A DNA stretch of 39,019 bases from positions 1-39,019 of the forward strand of contig CAZPED010000001.1 of assembly GCA_964585335.1 (NCBI GenBank), read 5' to 3'. The position numbers were made by a program, and so were the translations under genes. Positions within the stretch are counted from its first letter, which is position 1. Every line of letters starts with the position of its first letter. Under the pieces are notes generated by a model. That model was not told the origin of the DNA and made no database searches. It saw nothing but the letters and a program-made list of their open reading frames with translations. This document shows positions 34,772 to 39,019 of the stretch, in pieces. The DNA comes from an uncultured Planctomycetaceae bacterium (lineage in GTDB: Bacteria; Planctomycetota; Planctomycetia; Pirellulales; PALSA-1355).

Positions 34772-35902
34772 ATGCTCCGCGTGGAAACTATCAGCCAGTT
34801 CAGCCAATTGGCGACCATCGCGTCCCAGTGGCAAGCCCTGCTGGCCGAAACGCCGGGAGCTTCGTTCTTTCAATCGCTCCCCTGGCTCGAAGCCTACTGG
34901 GCCCACTACGGCCGGCACCAGCAGCTGCGGGTCATGACGGTCTGGTCGGGCGACAAGCTGGCGGGCATCGTGCCGCTGGTGATCCGCAAGCAGACGCGTC
35001 TGATCGGCGCGCTGTCGATTCTGACCTACCCGCTTGACGACTGGGGCAGCTTTTTCAGTCCCATTAGCGCCCAGCCTGCCGAAACGTTTACGGCCGCCAT
35101 GGCGCACCTTCGCGATCAACGGCGCGATTGGGATCTGATCGAGCTGCCCTGGGTCGACGGTGCCACCGATCGCGGCCAAACCGCCGCGGCCATGGCGGCG
35201 GCCGGCATGCCGGTCGAGGCCGAGTTGCGTTCCACGTCGGCTGTAATCGACCTGGCGTCGTTCGACGGCTGGCACCCCTACTGGGCTTCGCGCACCAGCC
35301 GCTGGCGCAATAACGTCAAACGCAGCGAGCGCAAACTTGCCGAACAAGGCGCGGTGACTTACCTGCGCTACCGACCGGGCGCTGGCGGCGATCCGCGCTG
35401 GGACTTGTACGACCTGTGCGAGCAACTGGCCGCCAGCAGTTGGCAAGGCGGCTCGCAGACGGGAACCACGCTTTCGCACGACGAAGTGCGGCCGTTCCTG
35501 CGCGACGCGCACGTGGCGGCCGCGGCCGCCGGAGCGCTCGACCTCAACCTGTTGGCCGTCGATGGCCGCTACGTGGCCTTCAACTACGCCTATCATTGCC
35601 ACGGCAACGTGTTCGGCCTGCGCACGGGCTTCGACGCCAACTTCGACGGCGCGGGCACGGCACTGCAAGCGCGCATGATTGCCGACAGCTTTCAGCGCGG
35701 CGATCGGCTCTACGATCTCGGGCCCGGCTATCTCGATTGCAAGCGCTACTGGCAAACCGAGCTGCGGCAGAGCATCCGCTATACGTACTTTCCGCCGGCG
35801 CCGCGGGCACAGTTGGTGCGGGTCAAACGGCAACTCGAGAGCCTGTGGACCGAAGCCGTTTCGCAGGCCGAAAGCAAGCGCGCCCAGGGCGCGGCGAATT
35901 AG
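34772..35902 (+). CDS. CelD/BioF2-like GNAT family acetyltransferase (FemAB-like fold)
   Basis: Carries W.ALLAETPGASFFQSLPWLEAYWAHYG and LAGIVPLVIR, and the C-terminal half has YDLGPGYLDCKRYW. ATG at 34730 is an alternative start. Confidence 0.7.
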   Translation: MLRVETISQFSQLATIASQWQALLAETPGASFFQSLPWLEAYWAHYGRHQQLRVMTVWSGDKLAGIVPLVIRKQTRLIGALSILTYPLDDWGSFFSPISAQPAETFTAAMAHLRDQRRDWDLIELPWVDGATDRGQTAAAMAAAGMPVEAELRSTSAVIDLASFDGWHPYWASRTSRWRNNVKRSERKLAEQGAVTYLRYRPGAGGDPRWDLYDLCEQLAASSWQGGSQTGTTLSHDEVRPFLRDAHVAAAAAGALDLNLLAVDGRYVAFNYAYHCHGNVFGLRTGFDANFDGAGTALQARMIADSFQRGDRLYDLGPGYLDCKRYWQTELRQSIRYTYFPPAPRAQLVRVKRQLESLWTEAVSQAESKRAQGAAN

Positions 35903-35923
35903 CCCGCGCCGCCGCGAAGTCTG

Positions 35924-36298
35924 CTATTCCTCGACGCGGGTATACTGCCGGCGGCGACTGTAGTAGGGAGCGCGAATGCGAAAGCCGCGCTCTCCCTCGA
36001 CAAAGAACCGCCCGCCCAGCAAGCGGTAGAAGAACAGCAGCATGAAGGCGCCGGCCGTGGCCACGACAAAGCCCAATGGGCTGATCGGTGTGATCCGCTG
36101 GCCGTTGGTGAAGTACATCAGCAGGCTGCAGCCAATGACGGTGCCGCCAACGCCCATCATTAGGGTGGCGACGGCTCCGCCCGGATCGCGACCGGGCATG
36201 ACGGCTTTGGCCATCAGTCCGACCAGGGTGCCAAAGCCGACCCACACCAGGACGTCGTTGGCCCAGTGTTGAACCGCCTCGGGAAGCTGCATGTCCAT
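35924..36298 (-). CDS. GlsB/YeaQ/YmgE family stress-response membrane protein (second copy)
   Basis: Carries WVGFGTLVGLMAKAVMPGRDPGGAVATLMMGVGGTVIG. Confidence 0.8.
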   Translation of the reverse strand: MDMQLPEAVQHWANDVLVWVGFGTLVGLMAKAVMPGRDPGGAVATLMMGVGGTVIGCSLLMYFTNGQRITPISPLGFVVATAGAFMLLFFYRLLGGRFFVEGERGFRIRAPYYSRRRQYTRVEE

Positions 36299-36558
36299 GG
36301 TCTGATGTTCCCTGGCCGCTCGGAATGAACTTCCCCCAGCCGCTGACGCCCGAGGCGCGCTTCGTCAGGCGAAGCGCGGCGGCTCGGAAGTCAGCTGCTG
36401 GGGGCGTCGTCCCCCCAAAGCGCACTCGTGGGGGCACGACGTTGCCCTGCTGTCGCCACGAGGGCGGCAACCCGGCAACGCCCCCGCGGGGCGCTCGACG
36501 AAACCTCTGACGCGGAGCGCGCTCGCTCGACGGCGCGCTCCGCCAACGCGTGTTTTAC

Positions 36559-36795
36559 TTACTGCTGTTCGGCCGCCTGGCTTTCCTTGAAGGCCTTGAG
36601 CGCCGCCGCCTCGCGAGACAACTTGAATTCAGGTCCCGGCGGGAAGTACTGAATGTCGTCCTTCTGATAGTGCGGGCTGGGCAGCGTCTGGCCTCCCACG
36701 TCGACCTGGCAACCGGTCATGGTTAGCGCGGTACAAACGCCCAAGCCGTAGAGCGCTCGCCGCCAGCTGTGCCTTCGTTCGTGTCGTGGCCGCAT
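36559..36795 (-). CDS. small lipoprotein (78 aa)
   Basis: GGAGGGAG serves as the Shine-Dalgarno. The Arg-rich N-terminus and the lipobox LTMTGC are followed by QYFPPGPEFKLSREAAALKAF. Confidence 0.65.
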   Translation of the reverse strand: MRPRHERRHSWRRALYGLGVCTALTMTGCQVDVGGQTLPSPHYQKDDIQYFPPGPEFKLSREAAALKAFKESQAAEQQ

Positions 36796-37171
36796 CTGAG
36801 TCTCCCTCCGTGGACGCGGATTTGCGAGCTTCGGGCCGGCGGTCCTGGCAGGTCGTTGGCGACCCGGGCCGCGCGGCAAAGTCATCGCGTCCGATACAAT
36901 CCGCACCCCAGTTATCGGCGCTAACAATCGGCAGACTTTTGCACGAATGAAAACTTGGCCGAAAATGCCAGCCTTGGCCGGTCAGACTGCTAGCAGTTTC
37001 CCCCGTGCTGGCAGCGGCCAGCGGGCAATTGGCCAAAGAGTGCTGAAATTAGGAAAGTTAGGTATGATAAAAGGCAGTCGTGCTGCCGGAACACACGACG
37101 CTAAGAGAGTTGCCCACATAGCACTATTGCCGCGGTACGACCGCCGCTGACTTCGAGGAGGCTCTGGATCG

Positions 37172-39019
37172 ATGCATGCGCGCATTGCGAGCCCCATGCT
37201 TGGCGTGGCGCTATTGGTGGCACTGGGCTGCACGGCCCTCGGCCCCCGCCCAGCCCAAGCGCAGTTAGCCGGCGGCTTGGGGGGCGTGCCCTCGCGACTT
37301 TATTTCAACGCGCTGCCAACCTACTGGGACGGCAACTATCAAACGGCCCTGGCGGTTTATCTGGGCGAAGCCAATGGCGGCGTCAAGACGCCTGCCGGAC
37401 GCTGGATCGACGCCATCTGCTACCTCGCGATGGCCGGCGAATGCTACTACCAGATGGGCCAGCTCCGCGACGCGCTTAACAACTACAGCTCGGCGCTGCA
37501 GCTCTACGTGTCTTATTCCGACTGGATGATGCGCATCCAGTTCACCAACGTGCGCACGGCCTCGGGACCGATGGTTGCCCCCTGGGGACAGAGCAAGCGG
37601 GGGGCAGCGGTCGGCGCCTTTGACGAAACGTTCCTGATGAGTCAGGGGCAAGTCGACCAGTCGGCCGCGGTGACTCGGGGCGGGGTCATTCAAAACCCCG
37701 TCATGTTTCCAGTACACGTCGCGGAAGTGTGCAAGAGTGTGGCGCTGTCGATTCGCCGCCGCCGCGAGCTGATGGGCGTGGTCGCGCGGTTCGACTGCAA
37801 GAGCGACCCGCTGACCGGCAGCCTGATCGACGCGCTGTCGCGCCGGGCCGGGCCACCCAATCATTGGAGCGAGGCCTGGGTCAACGTGCAGCTGGGCTGT
37901 GCGCATGCCGCGGCGGGCAACTTTCCGCAAGCCAAAACGGCGCTCGAACGCGGCCTGCTCGTGGCCGGGCAATACGACCACCCGCTGACCGGCACCGCGC
38001 TGGTGGAACTGGGCCGCATTGCCCTGGAAACCGGCGACTTCCCGGCCGCTTCGAAGTACTTCGAGGAAGCGACTTACTCGAGTCTTGCCTTTCCGGACGC
38101 CACCGTCCTCGAAGAGGGGTTCCGGCTCGGACTCCTGTCGCACCTATTGCTCAATCAGCGCACGCCCTATCCGCTGCTGCTGCCGGCGATCGCCTGGTCG
38201 AAGAACCAGGGCTTTCGCCATTTGCAAACGTCGCTGCTGCTGCTGGCCGCCGAGAACATGGCGATGCTCGGCGACGCCGGCCAAGCCGCGAACTTCGTGG
38301 CCAGCGCGCGGCAGTTGGTGGGCCGCAGCGATCTGGCCAACAGCCAGGTCGGCGCCCGGCTTAATCACTTGACCGCGCTGGTGTCGTACCAGGCCGGCAA
38401 CATCGACGCTGGCGACCAGGCCATCGGCGCTGCGCTCGGTTTTCAGCGCCACGGTTCGCTTTGGGCGTTCCAAATCGGACTGGCCGATAGCCGTTACCTC
38501 GGCGGCGAGCTCAGCGATCGCTCGGCCATGTCACTTTATGAATACTTGCTGCGCGATCCGGCGCCGGCCGATTGGGCCAGCAGCCCGCTGGAATGCCTGT
38601 CGATCCTTTCATTGCCGCATTCCGAGGCGATCGAGCACTGGTTCGAGCTCGCGCTCAAGAGCACGAAGGAACACGAACTGGCGCTCGAGATCGCCGATCG
38701 CGCCCGTCGGCATCGCTTTTACAGCACGTTGCCGCTGGGCGGCCGGTTGCTGGCGCTGCGCTGGATTCTCGAGGGCCCGGTCACGATGCTGGGGGAACAG
38801 GGCCTGTTGCAGCGGCAAGACATTTTGGCGCGCTACCCGCGCTATACCGAGCTGGCCAAAAAAGCCGCTGAAATTCGCAACAAGCTGGCCGGCAAGCCCG
38901 TGGTGGCTGAAGCCGGCGATCCAAGGCGCGAACAGGCCGCGCTGTTGGGCTCGCTGGCCGAGCTGAGCCAAGAGCAGGAAGTGATTCTGCGCGAGATTGC
39001 CGTCCGCCGCGAGCCGGCA
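37172..39019 (+). CDS. secreted TPR-like repeat protein, N-terminal 616 aa (3' end outside window)
   Basis: The frame is open from ATG 37172 to the window end with no stop, so it is absent from the ORF track. GAGGAGG lies about 10 nt upstream. The signal peptide is MHARIASPMLGVALLVALGCTALGPRPAQA. Repeated helical-hairpin segments include ICYLAMAGECYYQMGQLRDALNNYSSALQLY and ALVELGRIALETGDFPAASKYFEEA. Confidence 0.7.
   Translation, partial: MHARIASPMLGVALLVALGCTALGPRPAQAQLAGGLGGVPSRLYFNALPTYWDGNYQTALAVYLGEANGGVKTPAGRWIDAICYLAMAGECYYQMGQLRDALNNYSSALQLYVSYSDWMMRIQFTNVRTASGPMVAPWGQSKRGAAVGAFDETFLMSQGQVDQSAAVTRGGVIQNPVMFPVHVAEVCKSVALSIRRRRELMGVVARFDCKSDPLTGSLIDALSRRAGPPNHWSEAWVNVQLGCAHAAAGNFPQAKTALERGLLVAGQYDHPLTGTALVELGRIALETGDFPAASKYFEEATYSSLAFPDATVLEEGFRLGLLSHLLLNQRTPYPLLLPAIAWSKNQGFRHLQTSLLLLAAENMAMLGDAGQAANFVASARQLVGRSDLANSQVGARLNHLTALVSYQAGNIDAGDQAIGAALGFQRHGSLWAFQIGLADSRYLGGELSDRSAMSLYEYLLRDPAPADWASSPLECLSILSLPHSEAIEHWFELALKSTKEHELALEIADRARRHRFYSTLPLGGRLLALRWILEGPVTMLGEQGLLQRQDILARYPRYTELAKKAAEIRNKLAGKPVVAEAGDPRREQAALLGSLAELSQEQEVILREIAVRREPA

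Noticed and set aside
33303-35833. ORFs 33303-34331 (+, 342 aa) and 34658-35833 (-, 391 aa)
   Set aside because: They lie antisense to the DUF1549/1553 and GNAT genes respectively. They have no motifs and a low-complexity composition.
36442-36457. Minus-strand TGGCGACAGCAGGGCA upstream of the second GlsB gene
   Set aside because: Spacing is correct, but -24 reads GGCGA and -12 lacks the conserved T (GGGCA). It is too weak to call.
37265-38143. 292-aa ORF on the minus strand
   Set aside because: It lies entirely antisense to a longer open frame with a Shine-Dalgarno, signal peptide and TPR-like repeats. Its translation is Arg/Gly/Ala/Pro-rich low-complexity sequence, typical of shadow frames in GC-rich DNA.

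Overview
GC-rich chromosomal window, probably from a Planctomycetota genome. This is inferred from the DUF1501 plus DUF1549/DUF1553 gene pair, the many small lipoprotein and membrane ORFs, and the long intergenic regions.

Content in order:
- 1-218: 3' tail of a Ku gene. It runs off the window edge and is absent from the ORF track.
- 0.3-1.6 kb: small stress-type membrane proteins (YflT-like, GlsB/YeaQ/YmgE).
- 1.6-16.3 kb: dense trehalose/alpha-glucan block. It holds treZ, a treS-maltokinase fusion, glgX, treY, and a second treZ paralog overlapping a GH133 amylo-alpha-1,6-glucosidase by 4 bp.
- 16.6-18.2 kb: FAD-oxidoreductase/Rieske fusion.
- 18.2-22.6 kb: orphan receiver, small basic ORF, DUF1328, PRC-barrel protein, and a soluble hybrid histidine kinase with Hpt.
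- 23.2-28.0 kb: lipoprotein, DUF3309, CsbD-DUF883 fusion, several tail-anchored small proteins, a YqjE/holin-like protein, an AI-2E permease with a B12-binding-like tail, and a low-affinity iron permease.
- 28.2-36.8 kb: sulfatase, MBL hydrolase, MarR, DUF1501, DUF1549/DUF1553, CelD-like GNAT, a second GlsB, and a lipoprotein.
- 37172-39019: open-ended secreted TPR-like protein, also absent from the ORF track.

I see no tRNA or rRNA, CRISPR array, transposase, integrase or recognisable defence genes. This does not look like a mobile or defence island.

The main hunt result is regulatory. Ten correctly spaced sigma-54-type promoter boxes (GG-N10-GC, close to TGGCACG-N4-TTGCA) sit on the coding strand upstream of almost every trehalose and stress transcription unit. 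None sits upstream of the housekeeping-type units. This suggests an RpoN-dependent compatible-solute and general-stress regulon. Two paralogous small Arg/Trp-motif ORFs lie directly behind two of these promoters. All promoter calls come from a hand scan and need a PWM scan or TSS mapping.
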